Source: an uncultured Erysipelotrichaceae bacterium
GTDB lineage: Bacteria > Bacillota_I > Bacilli_A > RFN20 > CAG-826
DNA: 64,000 nucleotides
Reading direction: 5' to 3'
NCBI GenBank assembly: GCA_902769185.1
Contig: CACXNV010000004.1
Location: 34,499-98,498, forward strand
Made by a program: the position numbers and the translations under genes. The notes beneath the pieces were generated by a model. That model saw only the letters and a program-made list of their open reading frames with translations. It ran no database searches and was not told where the DNA came from. The stretch's first letter is position 1, and each line of letters begins with the position of its first letter. Positions 29,949 through 38,962 of the stretch are shown piece after piece.

Positions 29949-31166
29949 TCAATCCACGGGATTATTCTTAATCGACAAATCGATATAATGAAGTAATTTG
30001 GCCAATTGATTATTATAATCTTCACTGCTATCTGAATATTGCATTAGACGAATGAAATTATCTTTCAGATAAACAGATATACATAGATAGAAAATAACAT
30101 AGGTAATGTTGACAATGTGTGACACTGCCATCACCGTGATAATGCTCATCAGTAAAACCGCAATTTCAATATAAGTTAAGGCATTTTTAAACAAACCTAG
30201 CTTATAAGCGCTCTCGTGAGCGGTGTTAATTACTGAACGAAATTGAAATTGGTTTTCCACTTCTTTGACTTCTGCTTCTTTTTCAAGTGCTTCATCATAT
30301 TTATTTTTTTGATATGGGAGATAAATATAAACATGAATGAAAGCGAGTAATAAAGAAAGCAAAACATAGATTATGTTTATTGTACTATTCATCACTAACA
30401 CCATAGTGACAAATACAGATATTAAAACTACATAAAGTAAGTTTGGAATAATCGTTAAAGAGACATAACGATATTTTTCCATTACCTTAAAGAAGTCGTA
30501 AAACTCTTTCTTTTCTGCTTTGATCTTGTAGTTGAAAATGTTGTCATCCATCCTTTGCATTGCGGAAATCAAATTTTTTCTAAACATCAATTCAAAGATA
30601 ATGAATAATGCTAAAAAGATAACTGGGAGAAAGAAATACGAATTAGCGTTAATAAAATACATTCCCACTGCTAAAGATATGGAACTAATAATTTGCCATA
30701 ATGGGATAGTGATTTTATCTTTCTTATCAATGAAATCATTGATTTGCACGTCACATTTATACTTTTGGTAGCCTTTTTCTTTATTGACTATTAAAGCTTT
30801 ACGGTCCCATTGACCATAAAAGATTTCAGAAAGGATTTTCCTTTTGCCAGTTTCCGGATCGTATATTTTTACGTATTTCCGGCTCATTCCTAGAACGAGA
30901 ACGCTATGTTTCACTCCTTTCTTTTTCTCTAATGTGACAATAAAAGGATATTGCTTATTATTTTCAAGCTCTTTGGATCCTTCTACTCGAACGCCTGATA
31001 CATCCATATGATACGTGGCTGCGATTTTCTTCAAGTCCATAAAACTATATGGCTTATCCTCGCACTGTAAAAATAAATAATTCTTGTCATGATGATAATT
31101 GGCCAATAACATCTTAAGACAAGCAAAGGCACAATCATGTTGGCCGACTTGGGATATGAAGTACAT
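29949..31166 (-). CDS. Membrane protein with an N-terminal C39 (bacteriocin-processing) cysteine peptidase domain and about 4-5 transmembrane helices; no ABC ATPase domain
   Basis: 405 aa. It has the C39 signature Q-x4-DC-AFACLKM (catalytic Cys), a downstream VKHSVLVLG (His) and IYDP (Asp). Hydrophobic helices follow. The protein ends without Walker motifs. Confidence 0.6.
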   Translation of the reverse strand: MYFISQVGQHDCAFACLKMLLANYHHDKNYLFLQCEDKPYSFMDLKKIAATYHMDVSGVRVEGSKELENNKQYPFIVTLEKKKGVKHSVLVLGMSRKYVKIYDPETGKRKILSEIFYGQWDRKALIVNKEKGYQKYKCDVQINDFIDKKDKITIPLWQIISSISLAVGMYFINANSYFFLPVIFLALFIIFELMFRKNLISAMQRMDDNIFNYKIKAEKKEFYDFFKVMEKYRYVSLTIIPNLLYVVLISVFVTMVLVMNSTINIIYVLLSLLLAFIHVYIYLPYQKNKYDEALEKEAEVKEVENQFQFRSVINTAHESAYKLGLFKNALTYIEIAVLLMSIITVMAVSHIVNITYVIFYLCISVYLKDNFIRLMQYSDSSEDYNNQLAKLLHYIDLSIKNNPVD

Positions 31167-31190
31167 TTTTCCTCCTTTGTAGAGAATGTC

Positions 31191-31240
31191 CCTACATTAT
31201 ATAAAGAGGGGAAAAATGCGATTTTTTTGCAAAAAAATTT
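31191..31240 (-). promoter_or_regulatory. 50-bp promoter-like element, copy A, upstream of the C39-domain gene
   Basis: Shares 44 of 50 positions with 51721-51770 (positions 1-20 and 27-50 are identical). Read on the gene strand, it ends with the -10-like block ctttatataatgtagg. It contains the 18-bp palindrome atttttttgcaaaaaaat. Confidence 0.45.
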
Positions 31241-31247
31241 TAAAAAG

Positions 31248-31282
31248 ATGTCTCAAAAAAAGAAAAGACCCAAAGGGTCTTA
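31248..31282 (-). terminator. Intrinsic terminator immediately after dnaJ
   Basis: Minus-strand sequence taa-gaccctttgggtc-ttttcttttttt. Confidence 0.6.
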
Positions 31283-32413
31283 TTTTTTAAAGTTTTTTTG
31301 GAACTTGTAGTAAGGATCATCGCTCTCCTTGGTATTTTCCTTATAGGCTTTAAGAGCTTCTTTTTGTTTCTTATTAAGCGAAGTTGGGGATTTGATATCA
31401 AGGTGTACATATTGATCACCAGGCTTACCAGTTCTTAAATCTTTAATGCCTTGTCCGCGCATCCTTAGAGTTTGACCAGGTTGAGTTCCTTCCGGAATTG
31501 TTAAGTAAACGTTTCCATTAACTGTAGGAACTTCAATCTTTGCCCCTAATATTGCATCGACAAAGTCGACTGGGATAGTAAGATGAATATCATTTCTTTC
31601 TCTTTGGAAATATGGGTGTGGTTTAACAGAAATTTCAATATATAAATCTCCGTGTTCCCCACCATTAGTTCCAGCAGCGCCCATTCCTTGTAAACGAATT
31701 TGTTGTCCGTTTTGAATGCCGACTGGGATATGAATTTTCATGGTCTTTTTGGTACGTTTATGACCGCTTCCACCACAAACAGAACATTTCTTTAGAATTG
31801 TTCTACCTGCCCCATTACAATCAGGACAAATGGTTTCAGTATTCATCATTCCAAAGATGCCTCGTTGTTGACGAATAATTGTTCCTTTGCCGCTACATCT
31901 AGAACAGGTTTTGATGTCACTAGGACTTTCAGCCCCTGAGCCGTGACAGTGTGGACAATCCTCATCGTAATCGAATGACACTTCTTCATCTTTACCGTTC
32001 ACCGTATCCATAAAATCGACACGATGTTTCATTAAGATGTCATCTCCTCTTTGAGGGCCAGTTCTACTAGCGCTTCTTCTAGCGGAACCTCCTCCAAAGA
32101 AGGAAGAGAATATATCACCTAAATTAATATCTTCGCCAAATCCAGAGAATCCACCACCAAATGGATTACCTCCACCAGGGCCTCCTCCAGTTTGTTCAAA
32201 TGCCGCATGGCCAAATTGATTATAGGCATCACGCTTTTGATCATCGAACAAAATATCATAGGCTTCTTGCACTTCTTTAAATTTAGCTTCATCACCAGTT
32301 TCTTTATTATCAGGGTGATATTTTTTCGCTAATTTACGATAGGCAGATTTGATTTCATCTTTAGATGCAGTCTTACTTACACCTAAAACTTCATAATAAT
32401 CTCTTTTTGCCAT
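31280..32413 (-). CDS. dnaJ: Chaperone DnaJ
   Basis: 377 aa with a J domain ([11 protein letters not shown]), a G/F-rich region and four CxxCxGxG zinc-finger repeats. Confidence 0.9.
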   Translation of the reverse strand: MAKRDYYEVLGVSKTASKDEIKSAYRKLAKKYHPDNKETGDEAKFKEVQEAYDILFDDQKRDAYNQFGHAAFEQTGGGPGGGNPFGGGFSGFGEDINLGDIFSSFFGGGSARRSASRTGPQRGDDILMKHRVDFMDTVNGKDEEVSFDYDEDCPHCHGSGAESPSDIKTCSRCSGKGTIIRQQRGIFGMMNTETICPDCNGAGRTILKKCSVCGGSGHKRTKKTMKIHIPVGIQNGQQIRLQGMGAAGTNGGEHGDLYIEISVKPHPYFQRERNDIHLTIPVDFVDAILGAKIEVPTVNGNVYLTIPEGTQPGQTLRMRGQGIKDLRTGKPGDQYVHLDIKSPTSLNKKQKEALKAYKENTKESDDPYYKFQKNFKK

Positions 32414-32483
32414 GTTGTTCCTTTCTTCCTTAGGCTAAAGAGGGCCGAAGCCCTCTAGCGAAAGGAAATTTATTTAATACAAA

Positions 32484-34307
32484 TTACGCTTTGTTTTTGT
32501 CTGAGAAGTCAGCGTCAACGACATCGTCAGGATTGCTTCCTGGGGTGCCTTCTTGACCAGCTTGTTGACCTTTACCAGCTTGAGCGTTAGCCATGTAGGC
32601 TGCTGCTTGCTCTAATTCAGAGATTCTCTTTTTGAGAGTTTCAATATCGTTATTATCTAACGCAGTCTTGAGTTCATCTCTTAATTTTTGAGTTTGTTCT
32701 TTTTGAGCAGGATCAATGCTGTCGCCTTTTTCTTGTAAAGAAATGTCGATATCGTTAATTAAGGATTCAGCCTTATTCTTAACTTCAGTTTCTTCTTTAC
32801 GTTTAGCATCAGCTTCAGCGTTTTCTTCGGCTTCTCTAACCATTCTATCGATATCTTCTTTAGAAAGTCCGTTACTACCAGTAATGGTAATTTCTTGTTC
32901 TTTTTGAGTATCTAAGTCTTTAGCGGACACTTTAACGATACCATTAACGTCGATAGAGAATGTGACTTCAATACGAGGTTCACCACGTCTAGCTGGTTTA
33001 ATACCAGTTAATTGGAAGTGACCAAGTAATTTATTATCATGGGCCATTGGTCTTTCACCTTGATAAACCATGATATCAACGGCAGGTTGATTATCAGCAG
33101 CGGTTGAGAAGATTTGGCTTTGGGTGGTTGGAATTGTGGTATTTCTCTTAATAAGAGGAGTTAAGACACCACCTAAAGTTTCAATACCTAAGGTTAATGG
33201 AGTAACGTCAAGTAAGACTACGTCTTTGACATCTCCAGAAACCACACCACCTTGATAAGCCGCACCAATTGAGACAGCTTCGTCTGGGTTAACAGATAAG
33301 TTTGGTTGTTTACCGGTTAAAGTTTTTACTAATTCTTGAACCGCTGGCATACGGATAGAACCACCGATTAATAAGACTTGATCAAGTTCGCTAGCTTTCA
33401 TACCAGCATCGCTTAATGCACGTCTAACTGGTTCTTCACATCTCTTTAAGAGATGTCTTGTTAAGTCTTGGAACTTAGCACGGGTTAAAGTATGTTCGAA
33501 GTTCACAGGACCAGCGCTTGTCATAGAGATGAATGGTAACGAGACCACTGTTTCTAAGGATGAAGATAATTCAATCTTGGCCTTTTCAGCAGCTTCTCTA
33601 ATTCTTTGTAAGCTACCTTTATCAGTGATATCAACACCACTATCCATCTTAATTTGCGCTTTAATGTAATCAGCGACTACTGCATCCCAGTCATCACCAC
33701 CGAGTTTATTATCTCCAGCGGTAGAAACGACTTCGAAGGTACCATCACCAATATCAAGGATAGAGACATCGAATGTACCACCACCTAAATCAAACACTAA
33801 GATCTTTTCAGATTTTTCAGTTTGTAAGCCATAGGCTAATGCGGCAGCGGTTGGTTCGTTAATAATACGGACAACATCTAAGCCAGCGATTTGACCAGCA
33901 TCTTTAGTTGCTTGTCTTTGTGCATCGTTGAAATAAGCAGGAACAGTAATAACTGCTTTTTCTACTTTGTGTCCAATGTTAGTTTCTGCATATTTCTTCA
34001 TGTAAGCAAGAATTTTTGCAGAGATTTCTTGTGGGGTGAAGTCTTTATTCACACAGTTAATGTGAACTTTTTCTGCACTACCCATTTTTCTTTTAATAGA
34101 TGAAACTGTATCTGGGTTAGTAATCGCTTGTCTTTTAGCAGCGTTACCAACGATTTCTTCACCATTTGCCTTAAAGGCAACTACTGAAGGAGTAGTCATT
34201 GTTCCTTCTGGAGAAGGGATGACTTTCACAGTGCCATCTGCTTGTAAATAGGATACTACTGAGTTAGTAGTTCCAAGGTCGATACCTAAGATAATTTCTT
34301 TTGCCAT
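32484..34307 (-). CDS. dnaK: Chaperone DnaK (Hsp70)
   Basis: 607 aa with IDLGTTNS and DLGGGTFD motifs. Confidence 0.95.
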   Translation of the reverse strand: MAKEIILGIDLGTTNSVVSYLQADGTVKVIPSPEGTMTTPSVVAFKANGEEIVGNAAKRQAITNPDTVSSIKRKMGSAEKVHINCVNKDFTPQEISAKILAYMKKYAETNIGHKVEKAVITVPAYFNDAQRQATKDAGQIAGLDVVRIINEPTAAALAYGLQTEKSEKILVFDLGGGTFDVSILDIGDGTFEVVSTAGDNKLGGDDWDAVVADYIKAQIKMDSGVDITDKGSLQRIREAAEKAKIELSSSLETVVSLPFISMTSAGPVNFEHTLTRAKFQDLTRHLLKRCEEPVRRALSDAGMKASELDQVLLIGGSIRMPAVQELVKTLTGKQPNLSVNPDEAVSIGAAYQGGVVSGDVKDVVLLDVTPLTLGIETLGGVLTPLIKRNTTIPTTQSQIFSTAADNQPAVDIMVYQGERPMAHDNKLLGHFQLTGIKPARRGEPRIEVTFSIDVNGIVKVSAKDLDTQKEQEITITGSNGLSKEDIDRMVREAEENAEADAKRKEETEVKNKAESLINDIDISLQEKGDSIDPAQKEQTQKLRDELKTALDNNDIETLKKRISELEQAAAYMANAQAGKGQQAGQEGTPGSNPDDVVDADFSDKNKA

Positions 34308-34320
34308 AATTTATTTCCTC

Positions 34321-34908
34321 CTATGCATCAAATGATGCTTTTTCTTCGGTTTTTTCCTCTTTTGTTTGTTTTAAGATTGCGACCTGCACTTTCGCTGGGC
34401 GAATAATGCGATCATGTAATTTATATCCGTTACCATAGACCTTTAGAACAATGTTATCTTGTTCTCCCTCCACTGTATCTACAGCGTCCATAGTGTTTGG
34501 ATCAAATTTTTTGCCAACTTCAGGAACGAGCTCGCTCACTCCTTCGTTTTCTAACACCGCCACCATGTTTCGATAAACATATTGGAATCCAGTTAAGTAA
34601 TTCTTAAGTGTCGGATCAGTTGGCTCGTTAGCAAGAGCCATATGGAAGCTATCTAATATTGGAAGAAGTTCTTCGATAAATCCTTCGCTACGATACTTAA
34701 GAGCGTTCTTGTAATCTTGTTCAAGATTATTTCTTAAGTTCTTTGTATCGGCGTAGGCTCGATAATATTCGTTTTTCCAGTGGTTAGCTTCCGCTTTTAA
34801 CTTTTCGATTTCTTCGTTCGCTTTTTCTAATTTCTTCTTTTCTTTTTTAGGGAGTTCTTCGTGTAATTCAGTTTCTTTATTCTCCACTTTCATTTCCTCC
34901 TTTGTCAT
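34321..34908 (-). CDS. grpE: Nucleotide exchange factor GrpE
   Basis: 195 aa. Coiled-coil N-terminus, then a GrpE C-terminal domain (…VENEGV.E...G.KFDPN...A). It sits between hrcA and dnaK. Confidence 0.85.
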   Translation of the reverse strand: MTKEEMKVENKETELHEELPKKEKKKLEKANEEIEKLKAEANHWKNEYYRAYADTKNLRNNLEQDYKNALKYRSEGFIEELLPILDSFHMALANEPTDPTLKNYLTGFQYVYRNMVAVLENEGVSELVPEVGKKFDPNTMDAVDTVEGEQDNIVLKVYGNGYKLHDRIIRPAKVQVAILKQTKEEKTEEKASFDA

Positions 34909-35908
34909 TGAAATACTTATCTAATTCTTCGGAGAGATATTCTAGAGCGGACATTGCTTTATCGTAGTCCATTCTTTTTGGTCCCACCAAGGTGATGGTG
35001 TTTTCTTCATCACCAACTTTGATCTTCGCTGTGACAAGAGCGACATCTGGGTTACCTTCAACATCTCCGATGTTCACTACTGGTTCTTTTTCTCCAAGAG
35101 CCTTCATATCTACTTTTTTAAATAAGGAGGCATCATCGAGGAGTTTCATTACTCTAATTAACGCTTCGGTATCATTTTTGAATTCTGGGTGAGAGAATAA
35201 TTCTTCTCTACCATAAAGCGATAATCGATCTCCCGCAAATCTTACAAATGTTTCTAATAAAGCTTGATACACTGCATCATGAGAGATGACATAATCAGAG
35301 AGAATTGGCTTAATTAATTCCATCTTTGGCACTAATTCACCAATTGGAGTTCCTTTTAATCTTTGATTAAGAAGTTCAACACACTTTACGATGTCTTCTG
35401 ATTTGATGTTCTCACTTAAGATGAATGTTTTATTTTGAACATAGCCTTTATCAGTCACAAAGATCGCGGTAATTGTATTCTCGTTAATTGGAATTAATTG
35501 CACAGACGCTAGTCTTTCAAGATCTTCATCACTTCGAGAGACAACACTCACGAGATTAGTCATATGAGATATAATCTCACAGCTTTGTTTGATTACTTCC
35601 TCAATACTTTGAATCTTGCTAGATAAGACATTTTGAAGTGAATATCTAAGTTGATCATCAACATCTTTATCTCTTAAATGTTCGCAATAATATTCATATC
35701 CTTTAGAAGAAGGAATTCTACCTGCGCTTGTGTGAGGCTTTTCAAGATATCCCATCTTCTCTAGAGCACTCATCTCATTTCTAATGGTCGCGCTACTATA
35801 AGGAAGTTGATATTCTTCAATAAGGGTATGGGAGCCAACAGGTTCAGCGGTTTTAATGAAATATTCCACTATCATCTTTAAGATGGCTTCGCTTCTTGTT
35901 AATGACAT
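34877..35908 (-). CDS. hrcA: Heat-inducible transcription repressor HrcA
   Basis: A winged-HTH N-terminus starts MSLTRSEAILKMIVEYFIKTAEPVGS. The start was trimmed to 35908, which has an AGGAGG RBS 7 nt upstream; the track ORF begins at a TTG at 35941. Confidence 0.85.
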   Translation of the reverse strand: MSLTRSEAILKMIVEYFIKTAEPVGSHTLIEEYQLPYSSATIRNEMSALEKMGYLEKPHTSAGRIPSSKGYEYYCEHLRDKDVDDQLRYSLQNVLSSKIQSIEEVIKQSCEIISHMTNLVSVVSRSDEDLERLASVQLIPINENTITAIFVTDKGYVQNKTFILSENIKSEDIVKCVELLNQRLKGTPIGELVPKMELIKPILSDYVISHDAVYQALLETFVRFAGDRLSLYGREELFSHPEFKNDTEALIRVMKLLDDASLFKKVDMKALGEKEPVVNIGDVEGNPDVALVTAKIKVGDEENTITLVGPKRMDYDKAMSALEYLSEELDKYFNDKGGNESGE

Positions 35909-35921
35909 TTTTGACCTCCTT

Positions 35922-35949
35922 TTAGCACTCCACATTTTCAAGTGCTAAT
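35922..35949. promoter_or_regulatory. CIRCE operator 1 (HrcA binding site)
   Basis: ttagcact-ccacattttcaa-agtgctaa matches TTAGCACTC-N9-GAGTGCTAA with a spacer 1 nt longer. It lies in the 5' UTR of hrcA. Confidence 0.75.
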
Positions 35950-35953
35950 ACTA

Positions 35954-35981
35954 TTATAACTTCTTTGTTAGCACTGTCAAC
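35954..35981 (-). promoter_or_regulatory. Sigma-A promoter of the hrcA-grpE-dnaK-dnaJ operon
   Basis: On the minus strand, TTGACA (-35, inside CIRCE 2), a spacer of about 16 nt, then TATAAT (-10). Confidence 0.6.
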
Positions 35982-35995
35982 ACATAAGTGCTAAT
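35969..35995. promoter_or_regulatory. CIRCE operator 2
   Basis: ttagcact-gtcaacacata-agtgctaa, with canonical 27-nt spacing. It overlaps the -35 hexamer. Confidence 0.8.
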
Positions 35996-36069
35996 TTTTT
36001 TAATTACATAGTAAAAATATGAAAAAAGACGCTATTACGCGCCTATATATCCTTATATTTTTATATTTT

Positions 36070-37176
36070 TTATGCTAGATCTAGATAAATTTTGTCTAAT
36101 ATCATCATTCCTTCAAAAGTAGGGACAATTCTATTTTCTCTTATTTGTAAATACCCTGTTTTAATATAGTCATCGATAACTTCTTTATTTTTACTATAAA
36201 TGTCATAGCCAAATTTCTCTTTAAAAGCATCAATATCAATTCCTTCGATCGTTCTTAGTCGAAGCATTATTTCATATTGTCTATTATCTTCTAAAGTCAA
36301 TTTTTCTTCTTCTATTTCATTTACAAATGAAATGTACTTATTAAAGTTGGTAGTATTTTTATATCTAGTATCATCAATATATCCACTAGCGCCTAGACCA
36401 AGACCATAATATTGTTCATTACGCCAATAAGTGAGATTATGTTGGCTTTCAAATCCAGGCTTAGCCCAATTAGAAACTTCATAATGGATGAATCCATTTT
36501 CTTCTAATAATGAATTTATTGTTTTGTATGCTTCATAGGCATATTCTTCAGTAGGTTCTTCAATCTTGTTAATATAAAACACAGTATGTTCATGCACTGT
36601 TAAACTATAGCAAGAAATATGATTTGGGTTTAATGATAAGATATTATAAATATCTTTTTCTAACATTTTGAATGAAACATTTGGTAAGCCTATAATCAAA
36701 TCAAGATTGATGTTGTTAATTCCGTTTTCTCTTAAATTACCAACAGCGGTTTTAACATCTTCAAAAGTATGCTTGCGATTAATAGATTTTAAAATTTGAT
36801 TATTGGTAGATTCCACTCCAATAGATACGCGGTTAACTCCATGTTTCTTTAATAATTTTATCTTTGATAAAGTTAATGATTCTGGATTAGCTTCTACTGT
36901 ATATTCTTTAACACTTTTAGTTAGTGGGTCCACCATTTTAAGCAACTCTTCAAATTGAGCATCATTCAAAGATGTAGGAGTTCCACCACCTATATAGATG
37001 GTGTCTAATTCTTTATTAGTCACCTTTTCATTTAGTTCTTTTCTTAACGCTACTAGATATTTTTCAGCGAAAGAATGAAAATACTGCAACTTCGTAAAGT
37101 CACAGTAATCACATATTGATTCACAAAAAGGAATGTGAATATATAAGGCTTTAGGAAGATTAGTCTTCGTCCTCAT
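36070..37176 (-). CDS. hemW: Radical-SAM haem chaperone HemW (HemN-like, oxygen-independent coproporphyrinogen oxidase family)
   Basis: ALYIHIPFCESICDYCDF radical-SAM motif. The gene lies between hrcA and lepA as in Bacillus. The start was set at MRTKT (37176); the track ORF begins at a TTG at 37218. Confidence 0.8.
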   Translation of the reverse strand: MRTKTNLPKALYIHIPFCESICDYCDFTKLQYFHSFAEKYLVALRKELNEKVTNKELDTIYIGGGTPTSLNDAQFEELLKMVDPLTKSVKEYTVEANPESLTLSKIKLLKKHGVNRVSIGVESTNNQILKSINRKHTFEDVKTAVGNLRENGINNINLDLIIGLPNVSFKMLEKDIYNILSLNPNHISCYSLTVHEHTVFYINKIEEPTEEYAYEAYKTINSLLEENGFIHYEVSNWAKPGFESQHNLTYWRNEQYYGLGLGASGYIDDTRYKNTTNFNKYISFVNEIEEEKLTLEDNRQYEIMLRLRTIEGIDIDAFKEKFGYDIYSKNKEVIDDYIKTGYLQIRENRIVPTFEGMMILDKIYLDLA

Positions 37177-37396
37177 CCTTATATTGCTCAACCGCTTTAG
37201 CGGTTTCTTCATCATCAATTGGTTTTAAAATACGTTCCATTTCCTCACGAACAATTTGTTCTTCGGTTGGTTTATCGTCTTTTTTTAGTTTTGGTTTCAA
37301 ATATAAGTAAATCAAGAAGGCAATTAACGCAATAATTGCTGCGGCGCCTAAGATGATTAAGAATATGATTCCACCATTTAATGCTGCTAATGTCAT
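37160..37396 (-). CDS. Small membrane protein with an acidic C-terminal tail
   Basis: 78 aa. One N-terminal transmembrane helix (IIFLIILGAAAIIALIAFLIYLYL), then a K-rich stop-transfer segment, then a DE-rich tail. It overlaps the start of hemW. Confidence 0.4.
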   Translation of the reverse strand: MTLAALNGGIIFLIILGAAAIIALIAFLIYLYLKPKLKKDDKPTEEQIVREEMERILKPIDDEETAKAVEQYKDEDED

Positions 37397-37417
37397 AATA
37401 TTTATCTCACTTTCTGA

Positions 37418-38869
37418 TTAATTTCTTTTTACTGGAGTATAAACAAATTTTTTCCCGGCTTGTGTTTTGGCATAATAACCAAACTCTACGAGTTTATCCA
37501 TCGAAGTTCTCGCTGTTTCATAGACACATTTAGTCGCTTTTTTGTATTGATCGATTGTGTAATACATGCCAAGGGTGCAGTGTCTAGCATAGAAATGAGC
37601 TTGCCCCTTAGATAGTCTTACATCTAATTCAAGTAGATGTCTTTCTAATCTAGCAGCGGTTTTCTCATCGAGTTCTTCTGGGATATAAGATACAGCAAGA
37701 CCCGCTGGTTTTTCAATAATTGGCGAAGTTTTAACTTCAACTTCTTTTTTGGCAGGCTCCACTTTTGGGGTTTCTTTTATAATTGGAGCAGGTTCAAGTG
37801 CAGGCTCAGGTTCTGGTTTAGGTTCTTCTTTGACTGGCTCTGGTTCAATAGAGAATAAACTTATTTGATCCGACTTTTCTTCTTCGTCAAGTTGATAGAA
37901 GTCATCTTTGATGACCTTAGTAGAATATTCTGCTAAAGAATCAAGCATTTTATCAAATTCTTTACCAATAAATCTTAAAGCAAAAGTTAAGAAATAAGTG
38001 ACATCTGAACTTGTCTGAACATCGTGGAAAATCTTTTCCATTTCACCTTCGCTCTCATTAAGGAATGTTTCAAAAGGAATATAAATAGCAAACTCTCCTA
38101 ATGAGTAATGAGCAAGCACAGATTTAGCAAACAATGTTGAGATTTCATTGTTATATTTATCGAAAGGCTTAACAAATTGAATATAGTAATAGCTAATTAA
38201 AGCACGGCATAAAGGAGATACATTGGATTTTTCAACAAAGTTGAATAGTGAATCCATCATTGGTTCAATTAAATGGGTTGGCGCGCATTTGTAAACACGG
38301 GAAATAAGAACATTAGCCCCACTATCTTCCATTTCTTTTGTACGATAGAAAGAGGTTAATTCATCATTGCCTGTAACTCTACTATAAAGTTCAGCTAAAT
38401 AATCAACATCAAGAGGTCCTTCATGCTTTGATTCAACATATCTTAAAGCGCTTAAATAGTTTGCTAAAGCAACATCATTAGTGGATCCTAGTAAAACACC
38501 TCTAACATGTTGTTCATCGCTAACGGCGAGGTTTGCTAAAGCAATATTTTGTAAATTCTTTACTAAACAGGACTGACGAAAATATTGTTTATCGCTATTA
38601 ACGCTGTCTAATTTGTTTGCTTCGCTAACAATTCTTAATAATTTAGCCTCGACTGTATTTAAGTTACTGGAAATAGTTGGACACAAGCAAACTCTTAATT
38701 GGTTCTTATCTGTTCCTCTAATTGCTAAATAATGACAAAATGGGGCACGATAAGATAAAATCTTATCCCAAACGCCATCAATCACAGAAATCTTTAATTC
38801 ACGTGACACTTCATTTTTAGTAGCGTATTTGTCTTCAGTAAATCTTACTGCAATATCATTAACACCCAT
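37418..38869 (-). CDS. Fic-fold protein with a degenerate active-site motif, a Pro/Glu-rich linker and a C-terminal winged-helix domain
   Basis: 483 aa. The core aligns to the Fic layout: ...PLCRALISYYYIQFVKPFDKYNNEISTLFAKSVL corresponds to h..H..F..IHPFxDGNGRxxR, but reads KPFDKYNNE instead of HPFxDGNGR. A linker EPEPVKEEPKPEPEPALEPAP follows. The C-terminus is ...EFGYYAKTQAGKKFVYTP. Confidence 0.5.
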   Translation of the reverse strand: MGVNDIAVRFTEDKYATKNEVSRELKISVIDGVWDKILSYRAPFCHYLAIRGTDKNQLRVCLCPTISSNLNTVEAKLLRIVSEANKLDSVNSDKQYFRQSCLVKNLQNIALANLAVSDEQHVRGVLLGSTNDVALANYLSALRYVESKHEGPLDVDYLAELYSRVTGNDELTSFYRTKEMEDSGANVLISRVYKCAPTHLIEPMMDSLFNFVEKSNVSPLCRALISYYYIQFVKPFDKYNNEISTLFAKSVLAHYSLGEFAIYIPFETFLNESEGEMEKIFHDVQTSSDVTYFLTFALRFIGKEFDKMLDSLAEYSTKVIKDDFYQLDEEEKSDQISLFSIEPEPVKEEPKPEPEPALEPAPIIKETPKVEPAKKEVEVKTSPIIEKPAGLAVSYIPEELDEKTAARLERHLLELDVRLSKGQAHFYARHCTLGMYYTIDQYKKATKCVYETARTSMDKLVEFGYYAKTQAGKKFVYTPVKRN

Positions 38870-38962
38870 AAAATAACTCCTTTGCTGTTTACATTATAAA
38901 AAAAGCAGATTTGTTTTACAATAGCAAAACTAAAAACCTACTAATTTTTTACCAAATTATTA

